This document shows, in pieces, positions 17,929 through 28,063 of a stretch of DNA of 43,942 nt (position 1 is the first letter of the stretch; every line of letters begins with the position of its first letter). The notes below the pieces were generated by a model. That model was not told where the DNA came from and ran no database searches. It saw nothing but the letters and a program-made list of their open reading frames with translations. Both the position numbers and the translations under genes were made by a program. Origin of the DNA: a virus; the IMG/VR virus record IMGVR_UViG_3300000969_000009, positions 1 through 43,942 of that record; one strand, written 5' to 3'.

Positions 17929-18344
17929 TACACATCACGCCAATCACATACAACTAACGTCCACTCTCGGACTGTTGCGTTCTTGCCGTAGCCTTGTGAT
18001 GGCTGGCTCATGATGTATGAGTTATTTCCATTACCGTTCTCACCCGCATTAAGGTTAAACGCTGATACAGGGAACGGTAATGGCACACCTAGCTTTTGTC
18101 GTGATAGCTTTTGCTGCAATTGAACATGAGTCGGGCTATTAGGCTGCAACATTAGCTTGACAGTCTTAGCGTTCTCAACTGTTGCGTTGAAAATAGCTGA
18201 ACCATCTGGTCCAATGTATAACTCGCCCTCGTCATTAATAGGCGCAATTTCTACTGAATTATCGTCATCCCAGAAGCCGTCAACTTGTAAGCCGTCAACG
18301 ACGGCACCAACGCCAGCGAAAGAATGTGAAGATTTAATTGGCAT
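17928..18344 (-). CDS. tail tube protein
   Basis: 138-aa ORF directly after the sheath-sized gene, with a tube-like size. Confidence 0.6.
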   Translation of the reverse strand: MPIKSSHSFAGVGAVVDGLQVDGFWDDDNSVEIAPINDEGELYIGPDGSAIFNATVENAKTVKLMLQPNSPTHVQLQQKLSRQKLGVPLPFPVSAFNLNAGENGNGNNSYIMSQPSQGYGKNATVREWTLVVCDWRDV

Positions 18345-18356
18345 GTTATGGCCTCC

Positions 18357-19496
18357 TTAGAATGATACTGAGTAGTTAACAGTTGCGTAGTGAATCGCAC
18401 CAGCGAAACGCATCTGCACTTGAATTGGTGGGGCGATACGCGCTTGACGTTGGCTTTCTGGCACATCAAATGCGCTCGGAGCCGTTATGATCACTGACTC
18501 TAAGAAGTTGCCCGTTTCTGGGTCGATGTCTTGAGCAATGAATCCAGCATCACGCGCACGGTCTGTAATAGATCGTACGGTGTTCACTAGCAATTGAATG
18601 CCACGATCATCAAACTGCACAATCTGGTTTTGATTTAAGACGTTTAAAATTGCCTCTTCAGTACGCGCTACAACCCAATCACAAGCCGCGATTTTGTCTA
18701 GAAATACATTAGGCGTTAATGTTGAGCCTTCAGTTGTTTGATTGATTCCGCCGATGTCTACATAAGTATTTGCACAATGACCTGCTGCAACTGATTGGCC
18801 TAAAGCTGGAGTGAAACCAGTGATAGCTTGAACCGCTGAAGTTCGGATATTCAAGGGCGTGATGCCCTCCAATCGCTTAAACTTAGAAGTGAACGCTGAA
18901 TTAGGATCATCGAAGTTAAATGTGCTGTCTGAGGCTGCCTGAGATACGCATAAATACAGTGATGCATCGGAATGATAGAATGTAGCTGTACGATCAACTG
19001 TACCCTTGTGACGCGCTGAAACGTTAGTCGTATCACTAACGTCTTCATGTAATTCATCATTCGTGCCGAGATATAAAATCTTAGGTTGTGTTTGAACCCA
19101 GCTAATTAGACCGTCTACGATTGGCGTATCACGTAATGTGTCTTCTACCGTTAATCGGTACCACGCGCTATCAAAGTCATTTAAGTCTGCAATAGCATCA
19201 ATCGCTGTAGCAGCATCTACCACAACAGCAGAGTCATAAAAACCCACTTTAATTTGCAACGGGCGCGGGTTCTGATTGAACGCCGCAATAGATGCAATAG
19301 CAAATGGGTCTGTAGCGTCCCAATCAACTAGAACTTCATCTACAGAGCCGTAAACGCGCGTCAAGTTGTCAGCGTCAAGAATGCCAGCTTTAGCAACAGA
19401 CGTTAGAAATAGAGTGACGCCAAAGCCTCGCGTTGCCGCAGGTGCAGGCGTACTCGATGCCGTCACATTGACGACTCGGGTAATCGGTAAAGTCAT
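18357..19496 (-). CDS. tail sheath protein
   Basis: 379-aa ORF heading the sheath, tube, chaperone, tape measure order typical of contractile tails. Confidence 0.6.
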   Translation of the reverse strand: MTLPITRVVNVTASSTPAPAATRGFGVTLFLTSVAKAGILDADNLTRVYGSVDEVLVDWDATDPFAIASIAAFNQNPRPLQIKVGFYDSAVVVDAATAIDAIADLNDFDSAWYRLTVEDTLRDTPIVDGLISWVQTQPKILYLGTNDELHEDVSDTTNVSARHKGTVDRTATFYHSDASLYLCVSQAASDSTFNFDDPNSAFTSKFKRLEGITPLNIRTSAVQAITGFTPALGQSVAAGHCANTYVDIGGINQTTEGSTLTPNVFLDKIAACDWVVARTEEAILNVLNQNQIVQFDDRGIQLLVNTVRSITDRARDAGFIAQDIDPETGNFLESVIITAPSAFDVPESQRQARIAPPIQVQMRFAGAIHYATVNYSVSF

Positions 19497-19513
19497 TTAA
19501 TTTATCCTTTAAT

Positions 19514-20125
19514 TTAAATTGAAACGAGGATGTTCTCGCCTTCCTGAGTAGCAATAAAAACGCCTTCCTGCGTCTGTATTCCTGCAATTAGTGAGACGGG
19601 CGTCTCAATCCTTGATACTTCAATAGTTTGATCGCAAACCTCAACTGATCCGCGATCAATAGTGTTAATAAGCAATCCATCACGAGTTAATCCACGCATA
19701 CTTATCTTCATGTTTGCGCGTCGCTCAAAGCGTGCATTCACATATTGATTAATATGATTTATTTGCTTTGCATCAAAATAATTTAACCCCTCTGGAGGCC
19801 GTGTGATTGATGCATAGTTCTGGTTTGCTGCTCGTAATTTTCTGAGGCACGTAGTTGCATCTGTATTGCTATAAGAGTGAACGCTAAAAATCCACTCAGT
19901 TTCAATAACTGGTATGGCTTCAATTTCCGTTAACCCTTGTTCATTTTCTCGCGCTTCATAATCGAAGCATTGCGCATGCTCTCTTACATCTAACGTGTTA
20001 ATCAAGTTAACCATTAGATAATCTTTAGTGGGGCGATCCTTGCCCTCAGCCGCCATAATTGTGGTTTTGCCCGTTAATGTGCAAATCCACTCAATGACGC
20101 TCTCCCAAATATCGATATCATTCAT
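19514..20125 (-). CDS. neck or tail completion protein, unknown family
   Basis: 203-aa ORF between the head-completion genes and the sheath gene. Confidence 0.4.
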   Translation of the reverse strand: MNDIDIWESVIEWICTLTGKTTIMAAEGKDRPTKDYLMVNLINTLDVREHAQCFDYEARENEQGLTEIEAIPVIETEWIFSVHSYSNTDATTCLRKLRAANQNYASITRPPEGLNYFDAKQINHINQYVNARFERRANMKISMRGLTRDGLLINTIDRGSVEVCDQTIEVSRIETPVSLIAGIQTQEGVFIATQEGENILVSI

Positions 20126-20546
20126 TATTGTCTTCTTGTAGAGCTAAAGCTACACGACTGTATGATTTACTAGCCCTTGGAAATTTGTGACACACTCGAT
20201 ACCGTAGGCCGTCGTATATAACCACATCGTCAATGTTAATTTCTCGCTCAGAATCAAGTCTAAACTTAGCCTCATTTCGTACGCCTTCTGGCACATCATG
20301 AAGCATTGATCCTGAACCCCTAAAAGGCTGCACCGAGCCGCAAAAAGCAACTTCTTGCCTTGGGTTGTTTACCCATCTTCCCCTCTTGTTATAATCGCCG
20401 CCCGTATCTGCCACGTGTATCAAGTCGCTATTGCTAAAAGCGCCCACCACAAAGCCTAAATCTATGTTAATCAAAAGTCTGATACTCCACGGAATTTCCC
20501 ATTTCACCAGAATCAACGAGGGGGTTATCGCTTCCCTTCTTCTCAA
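20118..20546 (-). CDS. head-tail joining protein, unknown family
   Basis: 142-aa track ORF overlapping the upstream gene by 80 nt. A TTG at 20474, preceded by GGAG and overlapping the upstream stop, may be the true start. Confidence 0.4.
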   Translation of the reverse strand: MRRREAITPSLILVKWEIPWSIRLLINIDLGFVVGAFSNSDLIHVADTGGDYNKRGRWVNNPRQEVAFCGSVQPFRGSGSMLHDVPEGVRNEAKFRLDSEREINIDDVVIYDGLRYRVCHKFPRASKSYSRVALALQEDNNE

Positions 20547-20937
20547 TGGTAGAGTCTGCGTTTTTTGGGGCTTTGAGGTTTATAATCTCTAGCTGAATAT
20601 CACCCTTGGCCAATATCCCTATCCGATTTACCACTAAGCCTGTGCTGAGCTTTCCCTTCATTATCTTGCGAGCCGCTTTTTTCATTTCGCGCTTATATTT
20701 TTTCCTATTGTCTAGGAGTGCGTTGTCCATAAAAGGACGCTCTGGGATAACCTCAGAAGGTGAGAGCGAACCATCAACCAGTCGCACCTCTTCTTCAGTG
20801 CCAAAATTATTCCAGATAGCCCTATTAATAATGTCTTGGTTAGTTCCTTGTATAAATCCAACCTTTACGCGTTTATGGCCTTTTATCTTAGTAGGGAGCT
20901 TTATATTTACCTTTCGCTTTACTTTCGCTACTGGCAT
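20467..20937 (-). CDS. head-tail joining or head-closure protein
   Basis: 156-aa ORF in the neck module. The call is positional. Confidence 0.4.
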   Translation of the reverse strand: MPVAKVKRKVNIKLPTKIKGHKRVKVGFIQGTNQDIINRAIWNNFGTEEEVRLVDGSLSPSEVIPERPFMDNALLDNRKKYKREMKKAARKIMKGKLSTGLVVNRIGILAKGDIQLEIINLKAPKNADSTIEKKGSDNPLVDSGEMGNSVEYQTFD

Positions 20938-21350
20938 CCGATCACCCGAAAAGTTCCCACGTTGCGCTTCAATAAAGCCAAGTAATCGCGCCCGTATGGC
21001 GTTTGCAAGTAAAACTTGGTCAATGATCCGCTTCTATCACTTGCTGCGCTTAGAGCGTTGGCTTGTGCGTCTGAGAATTCAACTCTAACGTCACCATCCT
21101 GCATCTCAACAACTGCACCCGTTCCCGTTGGTGCGCCTTGTTTGCCCGATGCAATAGCATTAGACCTCGCTGGCTCTCCTTCCATAGCTAGACTGTGAGC
21201 TGCAAGCAATCTGCATACACGCTCACGGTCTGCTTCTGGAAAGGTGCATGAGATGCTAGCGCTCTCCTCGAATATCAGCTCTATTAGCGCATCAGATACG
21301 CTGCTAAATTCTGGATAACGAGCCTTAAAACTCTCTACACTAGCACTCAT
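20928..21350 (-). CDS. head-tail connector protein (DUF4054-like)
   Basis: 140-aa ORF. The N-terminus FKARYPEFSSVSDALIELIF resembles DUF4054 connector proteins. It follows the capsid genes. Confidence 0.5.
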   Translation of the reverse strand: MSASVESFKARYPEFSSVSDALIELIFEESASISCTFPEADRERVCRLLAAHSLAMEGEPARSNAIASGKQGAPTGTGAVVEMQDGDVRVEFSDAQANALSAASDRSGSLTKFYLQTPYGRDYLALLKRNVGTFRVIGCQ

Positions 21351-21361
21351 ACTTTCACCCT

Positions 21362-21628
21362 TTACTTAACTACTTCGACGACCTTCGCCTTAATCCAACA
21401 ACCAATCACATAATGACTCAACATATTTGCGTCTACTCGAACTGATTTACCAGCCTCAAGTTTTACGCCTGTATGTAAATTCAAATCTGAATCGTGATTG
21501 TTCTTAAGAACTACTGTACCGTCATCTTTTTTAACTTCGGTCTTAGCCTTTTTAGAAACCTTTTTCTTAGAAACTGGTTTCTTTTCAACTTCGACTTGAT
21601 CATTGTTAACTTCGGTAGAATCAGTCAT
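21362..21628 (-). CDS. Lys-rich small head-module protein
   Basis: The track ORF is 21362..21658. The ATG at 21628 lies 1 nt after the capsid stop, giving 88 aa with a KKPVSKKKVSKKAKTEVKK tract. Confidence 0.5.
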   Translation of the reverse strand: MTDSTEVNNDQVEVEKKPVSKKKVSKKAKTEVKKDDGTVVLKNNHDSDLNLHTGVKLEAGKSVRVDANMLSHYVIGCWIKAKVVEVVK

Positions 21629-21629
21629 C

Positions 21630-22565
21630 TTAGATACCATCCGTGTAACGAATCTCACTAGGGCGGCGAATATCTAAGCCACCTAAGCGGAACAATCCGT
21701 CTACTTCGTATCGAAATGATCCCACTCGACGCGGGGGCATAAAGCGGTGAGGCATTGGGATATGAAGCTTTAAAACGTCTGGATCTCGGCGGTATGTAAT
21801 CATTCGCTGAGTACCACCTGCACCTGCTCCACTTAGCTCACGCATAGCCCGAATCATTAGCGGTCGACCTGTTTTAGCCGTGTATAAGTTGTTACGCTTA
21901 ACAAATTCCAAAACAGTTGTGTCATTGCCGTCACCATTCTGCATTGAAGCAATAAGAGATAGTGCTTGATAAGGCAACACAACAGTGTCTGAGAAAGCCA
22001 CAAAGTTAGTTCGTGCAGCTTGACCAACAATAGACACGTTAATGTCGTTTAGAATCTCGTTAGGTGCAGTATTTGCATTCCAGCCACCCGTCGCCGCCTG
22101 ATCGACTTCAACATCGCCATGATTAAGGAAGCCTTGAAAGCCTTTTGAAGCATCACCATTCAATGCAATCTCTTCAACCATATACTCATAAGCACGACGC
22201 GCAGCACGCGCACCATCAGCTTCTAAGTTTTGGCCTAACATGCGAGCTTGTGCAACTTCTTCCATGCCGTAACCGTAACCAATACCAGCAGTATGGACTT
22301 GAGTCTCGAACTTTTGACGCTCAACACCAGCCATTGGCACATCACTTGAATTGCCATTAACCCATTCAGCTTTACCAAAATCTTCGCTAGAGAAGTAAGT
22401 GACCGATTTAGCGTACTCATTGGCGCTTGTGTCTACTGGGATTAGCTCTGGGTATTGAACTTCAGCGAATTTAACTTCGTTAATCTGAGTCTCAATATGC
22501 GTAGTTTGTGCGATAACAAAGCCAAGATTAGCCTGTGCTTCATCACCTGTATAAATATCAACCAT
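21630..22565 (-). CDS. major capsid protein
   Basis: 311-aa ORF after the scaffold and small structural genes. GGAGATTAG lies upstream of the ATG. Size and position are typical of a capsid gene. Confidence 0.7.
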   Translation of the reverse strand: MVDIYTGDEAQANLGFVIAQTTHIETQINEVKFAEVQYPELIPVDTSANEYAKSVTYFSSEDFGKAEWVNGNSSDVPMAGVERQKFETQVHTAGIGYGYGMEEVAQARMLGQNLEADGARAARRAYEYMVEEIALNGDASKGFQGFLNHGDVEVDQAATGGWNANTAPNEILNDINVSIVGQAARTNFVAFSDTVVLPYQALSLIASMQNGDGNDTTVLEFVKRNNLYTAKTGRPLMIRAMRELSGAGAGGTQRMITYRRDPDVLKLHIPMPHRFMPPRRVGSFRYEVDGLFRLGGLDIRRPSEIRYTDGI

Positions 22566-22576
22566 TTCTAATCTCC

Positions 22577-23008
22577 TTATCGAATGCGGATGCTGGCAGT
22601 GCCTGCACCTGTTGTTGATGTGTCGTAAATGCCGTACTGAATCGCACCAGCATTACCCCAAGCTTGATCTGCAATACTGAAGAAAGCAGGATCGCCAGCG
22701 TTAACAGCTTCAGTTACTGCCACATCGACATAACCAAAATCAGATACTTGTGATTCTTCATATTGAGCAAAGCCGTTAGCCAATGTGCCCACTGCTGAGC
22801 GATCACGGCATGTGATGCCTAGGACTGGATCACCAGAATCAATCGCAGTGATTGAACGCTCGTTTGTGCCTCGCGTTACTGGGACGCCAAAGCCAATACC
22901 AGCAGCATCTTCAACGCCGCGAGAGAATAAGTTACACAACTCAGTGTTGTGAATATGGCCTGCGCGGCCTCGATCTAACCGATCTTGATAATCAATTTGA
23001 ATTGGCAT
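22577..23008 (-). CDS. head structural or decoration protein (DUF2190-like position)
   Basis: 143-aa ORF between the scaffold and capsid genes. Its start overlaps the scaffold stop. Confidence 0.4.
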   Translation of the reverse strand: MPIQIDYQDRLDRGRAGHIHNTELCNLFSRGVEDAAGIGFGVPVTRGTNERSITAIDSGDPVLGITCRDRSAVGTLANGFAQYEESQVSDFGYVDVAVTEAVNAGDPAFFSIADQAWGNAGAIQYGIYDTSTTGAGTASIRIR

Positions 23009-24129
23009 TATTTAGCCTCCTTGTGAGCGTTTTCTAAGCGATCCTTGTAAGCTTGATAGCCGTTATCGCCTGTTTGAACTGGGGCTTTACGGCCTTGCAT
23101 TCCTTCCTTGAATTTGTCGGTAGCCATGCCACCATCTAGCGCTAAGTCAAAAGCCGCTTCGATGTAAGCTGCCTCTTTATCCTTGACTACTTCAGCGCCA
23201 CGCACAGCCATTACAGCCGCCGTCATGATCTCTAGCTCGGATAAGCCGTCAAAATCAGTGTCTTTTGCTAAAGTCTTTGCATCTGAAATAAGCTTAGAGC
23301 GCTTAGCTACTAATGCGTCGATGTCTGAATCCGATAATTGCTTTTCCTTAAGCAAATCAATCTCAGCGTCTTTTTTAGCTAACTCAGCATCCTTTGCTGC
23401 AATAGATGTTGCATGGTCAGTTGCAATCAAAGCCGCAGCATCATTAGCCTTGGTCAATTCCTTTGTTAATTTGTCGATTGCCTGAGCGCCTTCATCAGTA
23501 GTCTTAACTGATAGCCCGTCAACAATGACATTTCGTAATGTATCGGTCACTTTCGCTTCCTCTTTGTCAATAGTTAGTGGGCTAACGCCCCATTTATCCG
23601 CATTGCTGTCACCAACACGGCATTCATGCCCCGCCCTGCCTCGTTGAACGATGGCAAGATGATTCATATTCAAATTTGTTTGTTTTGCTTGGTAGGGCTG
23701 ACCGTCCTTAGTCACCCCATCCTCGAACACCAATTCCGTGGTGTAGCCCATAGAGATCTCACGCTTGCCGTTAAGCACTTGCTCAATCACTTTGGCGTCC
23801 ATTAATTTGATCGGCACACGTACACGATCACCATTCCGTATTACATCCTCGCCAATATCACCAACGGCGTACTCCTTCCAGTTACTTGCATCTACTGGTA
23901 CTGGTGGGTGGTCGTTGGTTGTTGGCTTGCCTGCGTATGTCTGCAAGCTTTGACGGCTAAAGACCTCATCCTCTGATCGATAAACCGCCACAACATCCAT
24001 GTCAGGGCGGCCTACCTCATCGCCCGTGTACAGTTGAATACCTGTACGCGCACAATCCACTTCACCTACTAGATACCCGCCTTTAGTTTGACGAATACCT
24101 TGCAAGGTCGTATCTTCAATAAAATTCAT
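23008..24129 (-). CDS. prohead scaffold or protease-like protein (DUF2213-like)
   Basis: 373-aa ORF. The N-terminal RQTKGGYLVGEVDCARTGIQLYTGDEVG...VAVYRSEDEVFS...AGKPTTNDHP matches the DUF2213 pattern. The C-terminal half is Ala/Lys/Asp/Glu-rich and coiled-coil-like. Confidence 0.6.
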   Translation of the reverse strand: MNFIEDTTLQGIRQTKGGYLVGEVDCARTGIQLYTGDEVGRPDMDVVAVYRSEDEVFSRQSLQTYAGKPTTNDHPPVPVDASNWKEYAVGDIGEDVIRNGDRVRVPIKLMDAKVIEQVLNGKREISMGYTTELVFEDGVTKDGQPYQAKQTNLNMNHLAIVQRGRAGHECRVGDSNADKWGVSPLTIDKEEAKVTDTLRNVIVDGLSVKTTDEGAQAIDKLTKELTKANDAAALIATDHATSIAAKDAELAKKDAEIDLLKEKQLSDSDIDALVAKRSKLISDAKTLAKDTDFDGLSELEIMTAAVMAVRGAEVVKDKEAAYIEAAFDLALDGGMATDKFKEGMQGRKAPVQTGDNGYQAYKDRLENAHKEAK

Positions 24130-24177
24130 GTAAACTCATCCGTTATGAGTGAAAAGCAACCCAAGAAAATCGACCCC

Positions 24178-24212
24178 AAAAAAAGCCCCCGAGATGTTTA
24201 ATCTGCGGAGGC
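24178..24212 (-). terminator. intrinsic terminator inside the head module
   Basis: The minus strand reads GCCUCCG (24212-24206), a loop, then CGGGGGC (24191-24185), giving 7 bp with one G-U. Seven U follow (24184-24178). It lies in the 138-nt gap between the MuF-like and scaffold genes. Confidence 0.6.
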
Positions 24213-24267
24213 TCAACTAATGGAGAAGTGCTATCTGGTTTTGGGCTAATTCTGCCTTGTACTTGTC

Positions 24268-25068
24268 CTAAAAAGTCACAACGCCAATTGCATTGCAGCG
24301 ACATCTAACAGGCTGCCCAGGGGGCTTACCTCCTTCAGCTCCTGTTGGCTCACCCCACTTAAAACGTTTTCCGTCTAATTCCCTGTGAAGCGGCCTTACT
24401 CGTTGGTCGTCGTTATCCTTCCAGACGTAATGTGTAATTCCTACTTGCTCTTGTCTAATCTGATTTAGATTAGCTGTAAGCTTCTGTGTCTCGTTAACTG
24501 CAATCAAGTTGGCACGCTTGCGAGATAGATCAAAAGTATCTCTCAGCTCCTGCTCAATGCGCCTAAATGATCCGCCTGAGAATTTATTCTCTCTAACGAT
24601 TCGCTCAACGTTTCTCACATTCTCTTCAGTGAGGCCGTTAATTAATGATCTGGTTACAGCCGTATAATCTTCGATGTACTCGAATAAATCCAAGTCAGTT
24701 ATCACAGCGCTTATATCAATAGCTAAAGCACGTCTAACTGATTCTCTAAAAGCTCGCGTGTGTCGAAGTCGCTCATCTTCAAGAACCCCAAGGGACAATG
24801 TGCCAAACTCAAACGCTAAACTTTCGGCTTCTGCACGATACTCTGTGATCTCAATGTCATCATCGAACGTTAAGCCATCATTAGCTGACCTAAACCGCTT
24901 TAGCGCTGGTACAACATTATTCCTGACGCTTTGAGCCATTCGACTCAACATGCGCTTTAATAATATTTCGTATTGTTGCTGTGTGCCGATTCTTTCCTGT
25001 ATTTGAGGGAGCGCTATTTCCGTTCCTTTTGGCCTGCTAGTGAGCTGAGTTAAATCAACCTTATTCAT
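24268..25068 (-). CDS. head morphogenesis protein (Mu F / SPP1 gp7 family)
   Basis: 266-aa ORF. The C-terminal VWKDNDDQRVRPLHRELDGKRF...GQPVRCRCNAI is the family signature. It follows the portal gene. Confidence 0.75.
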   Translation of the reverse strand: MNKVDLTQLTSRPKGTEIALPQIQERIGTQQQYEILLKRMLSRMAQSVRNNVVPALKRFRSANDGLTFDDDIEITEYRAEAESLAFEFGTLSLGVLEDERLRHTRAFRESVRRALAIDISAVITDLDLFEYIEDYTAVTRSLINGLTEENVRNVERIVRENKFSGGSFRRIEQELRDTFDLSRKRANLIAVNETQKLTANLNQIRQEQVGITHYVWKDNDDQRVRPLHRELDGKRFKWGEPTGAEGGKPPGQPVRCRCNAIGVVTF

Positions 25069-26425
25069 CTTCTAGGCCAAATGTCTCAGGCTCTGTGTTC
25101 GCCGCCTTATCGAGAATATTGTCTAAGCCAGCAAATGTGCCTGAAGTGACTAACTTGCTTGTTACGGCTTCTTGAAGCACTTCAGCAGCATATAACCCCG
25201 TCTCGCTCAATGATTTAGCAGTATCAGCGGTTATTTTGCCAATTTCCGCGATTTCTTTATCGTTTAGCTGCTCTAATGCTGCCCACTTAAATTCTACGTT
25301 GTCAGGTCTTGCGCCTAATGCTGATCGAATCAAACACTCATCAAACAACATCATTGCTGGCTCAAGCTCTAAAGATTGAACAATCTTGATGTCATCGTAA
25401 TAATTCTGTTTGTCACCATCACCTGTGGCGTTCATGCCTTGAGCTGAAGTACTCATGAACTTAGTGCATGGAATGCCAGCAGAAGCCGCGCAAATCATTA
25501 AGAACTTCTCAATAATCTTATCGAGATTCGAAAAATTGATCTGATTGCGTTCGTATGTGTCCTCAGCGTCCTTAATTATCGCTTTATTAATCCCTTTGGA
25601 GATGTTCGATAATTGGAAGCGCTCTAAAACTTTGCTCTCATATTCTTTATCAGCAAGTCCGTCCATGAAGTCAGGAATACCAAAAACATCGACATTAGCC
25701 TCAAACACTAGCGATGCAATATTGCTGATAGTTGAGTCAGCGTTACGACAGGCCGTGTAAGCGACTTGCAACACGCTATCAGCCCAATATGTCGAGTCAT
25801 CATTAGTAAAGCCGCTAGAGAAGCGTCCAGACAATCTAACGTCTGGCAACTTATTCCCCAAGAACACAATTAAATGCGTGTAATGAATTTTAGTTGCTTC
25901 TTCTGAATTACTAATTGCGTAGTAAGTCGGCTTGTTAAAGTTTGGCTGTGTTGGATCGTCTTGAATATCTAATGGTTTTAAATCGGTGTTTGTTAATACC
26001 GTTAAATACTCAACACCGCCCTTACCAACCTTGTTAACATCTAATGGCTCCTCTGGGTCTTGATTAGTGTGCATGTAGATTGCAGCGCCACCAAATAAGT
26101 TGCCCTTGATTGCGGCTTCTAAAACATACTCTTGTAGTTTTAAGCGCTTCTCTTCTGATTGTAGGGCTGTGATCTGATCTTTATCCGCTTGCCAATCGCG
26201 CCAATTTCTCACCGCGTCCTTTGGCTTTGTCTCTACAATCTTCTTAGCCACCCAGCTTAGGCGGTACATTGCCTCAAGCTCATAATCGTCTAAGTAGTCA
26301 GCGTAATTAAACTTGTACTTAGTCGTCTCTTTCTTATCGAACTTGCTATTACCCATGCCCGAGTAAAGCGAGGTAAGGCCATCTGTTGTGGCGATCCTGC
26401 TTTTTAACTTTGCTTTTTCGCTCAT
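25061..26425 (-). CDS. portal protein
   Basis: 454-aa ORF between terL and the MuF-like gene, with overlapping ends. Confidence 0.75.
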   Translation of the reverse strand: MSEKAKLKSRIATTDGLTSLYSGMGNSKFDKKETTKYKFNYADYLDDYELEAMYRLSWVAKKIVETKPKDAVRNWRDWQADKDQITALQSEEKRLKLQEYVLEAAIKGNLFGGAAIYMHTNQDPEEPLDVNKVGKGGVEYLTVLTNTDLKPLDIQDDPTQPNFNKPTYYAISNSEEATKIHYTHLIVFLGNKLPDVRLSGRFSSGFTNDDSTYWADSVLQVAYTACRNADSTISNIASLVFEANVDVFGIPDFMDGLADKEYESKVLERFQLSNISKGINKAIIKDAEDTYERNQINFSNLDKIIEKFLMICAASAGIPCTKFMSTSAQGMNATGDGDKQNYYDDIKIVQSLELEPAMMLFDECLIRSALGARPDNVEFKWAALEQLNDKEIAEIGKITADTAKSLSETGLYAAEVLQEAVTSKLVTSGTFAGLDNILDKAANTEPETFGLEDE

Positions 26426-27648
26426 AGGTGAATGGTGTAGCCTTTGTTCGTTATTAATTTGTCTAATGCGTAACGTAATGCGTCTAAATAGTGATTGTGG
26501 GCATCAACAATCTTATCTGTGACTTCATCGGTGTTTGGATTTACCTTATATCGATAAAGCTTTAATTCTCTGATCAATTCCTTGCAGTCTGGATGAACAA
26601 CTATTCCGCGATTCTTACGAATGAATGAGATGCCATCCTCGACACTTCCTTGCCACTTCTTACATGACCTGATTCGGCTTAATCCGTTTCTCTTAAGATA
26701 GCTAATCGATTCAGGTCTAGCACAATCAGCGCTTACTATCTGATTATGTATTTCAGGCATTGTTCGCTTAAGATAATCAGCAGTATTGTCTAGCTCAAGA
26801 CCTACTTTGCCCGACTCTTTGCGAACATAGATCAAGTCTTTGTTCATGTAGACCTGCAAGCAAGCTGTTGGATCTTGACTGAAGCCAAAGTCAAGGCCGT
26901 AATAGACTTGCCAATTGTTTTCAGGCTCGAACGCTTCAACTTGCCATTTGTTAGCGAATATCTCGGCGTCTGAGTTTCTTAAATAATCCCCTTCCCACAC
27001 ATGAGCGTATGTATCTGGATTTATACTTAAGTCTCTTTGACGCTCTTCTTCTAGACCTTCTGGAAACCAAGGATTATCGCCATAATTTAGCTCAACTATT
27101 CGTGAGTCTTTAGGCGGGTTCTGAACAAAGCGACGATCCGTTGCGTTGTCTTCCACCTCTGGATTCCATGTAAGCCAGATTTCACTTTTAGGAAAGCGCC
27201 TAACAGTAGGTATTAATTTCGCCCAACTGTTTTCGCTTACTGGGTCTGCTTCATCTACCCAAGTGATACCAATGTTCGCCAGCGATTTAATCGCAGAGAT
27301 ATTATTCTTCAGCCCTCGAAAAATAAACTCTTTGCCATTAAACAAGTGGCGTATGTAATTAATGCCACAATCAAAGCGGCTATTTAGGTATTCATCATCC
27401 TCGATGGCATCTTTAATCTCAGCAAACGATGAATCTTTAATGCTTGCCTGAATCTCCCTGCAAACAAGAATATTGCAATTACGAATATCCATTGCGTAAG
27501 CAGAAGCACGCGCAAAGCTCTTTGTCTTGCCACTACCCCTGCCTCCACGTGATCCTCTATAAGGAACATGTGCAGATAAATCCAGTACAGGAACCAGCTT
27601 AGGCGGAAACCTAACTTTTCTAGTCTTCTTCTCCGTCATAAGGCACAA
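26422..27648 (-). CDS. terL: terminase large subunit
   Basis: 408-aa ORF with Walker A RGGRGSGKT, a Walker B-like WVDE, and a C-terminal nuclease-region motif HYLDALRYAL. Confidence 0.9.
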   Translation of the reverse strand: MCLMTEKKTRKVRFPPKLVPVLDLSAHVPYRGSRGGRGSGKTKSFARASAYAMDIRNCNILVCREIQASIKDSSFAEIKDAIEDDEYLNSRFDCGINYIRHLFNGKEFIFRGLKNNISAIKSLANIGITWVDEADPVSENSWAKLIPTVRRFPKSEIWLTWNPEVEDNATDRRFVQNPPKDSRIVELNYGDNPWFPEGLEEERQRDLSINPDTYAHVWEGDYLRNSDAEIFANKWQVEAFEPENNWQVYYGLDFGFSQDPTACLQVYMNKDLIYVRKESGKVGLELDNTADYLKRTMPEIHNQIVSADCARPESISYLKRNGLSRIRSCKKWQGSVEDGISFIRKNRGIVVHPDCKELIRELKLYRYKVNPNTDEVTDKIVDAHNHYLDALRYALDKLITNKGYTIHL

Positions 27649-28063
27649 ATTGAATGGCGTCTGGCACTAAGTCCTTACCATCCTTTCCTGTTAGTTCTTG
27701 CTTATCAATCAACAAGCCTGCAATCTTCGCCTTGCCCATCGTGGATTGATTCATTGCAGCCACTTGACCAACTTCCTTTGCAGCCTCACGATTCTCGTTT
27801 AATTCTCTTATCGCCTCTTCAGCGGTAAATAAGGCCGCCTCGTTAGCAGTTCCATTTATACTTGCGTGCAATTCTGCAATCCTTAACTGAACCTTAACTA
27901 TCTTATGGAACTCAACCGCCTTAACATTAATGCTTTCTGGCGTCGCCTTGCTATCTGGAAACGCTGCTCTAAACGCTCTAGATTGATCACCATATAAAAC
28001 ATAGTTCTCTGCATACTTAGTGCATTCTATGTCTGTTGGGTTAGCTTGGCTCACTGCCTTCAT
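27620..28063 (-). CDS. terS: terminase small subunit
   Basis: 147-aa ORF immediately upstream of and overlapping terL. The N-terminal helix-turn-helix-like region is ECTKYAENYVLYGDQSRAFRAAFP. Confidence 0.7.
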   Translation of the reverse strand: MKAVSQANPTDIECTKYAENYVLYGDQSRAFRAAFPDSKATPESINVKAVEFHKIVKVQLRIAELHASINGTANEAALFTAEEAIRELNENREAAKEVGQVAAMNQSTMGKAKIAGLLIDKQELTGKDGKDLVPDAIQFVPYDGEED

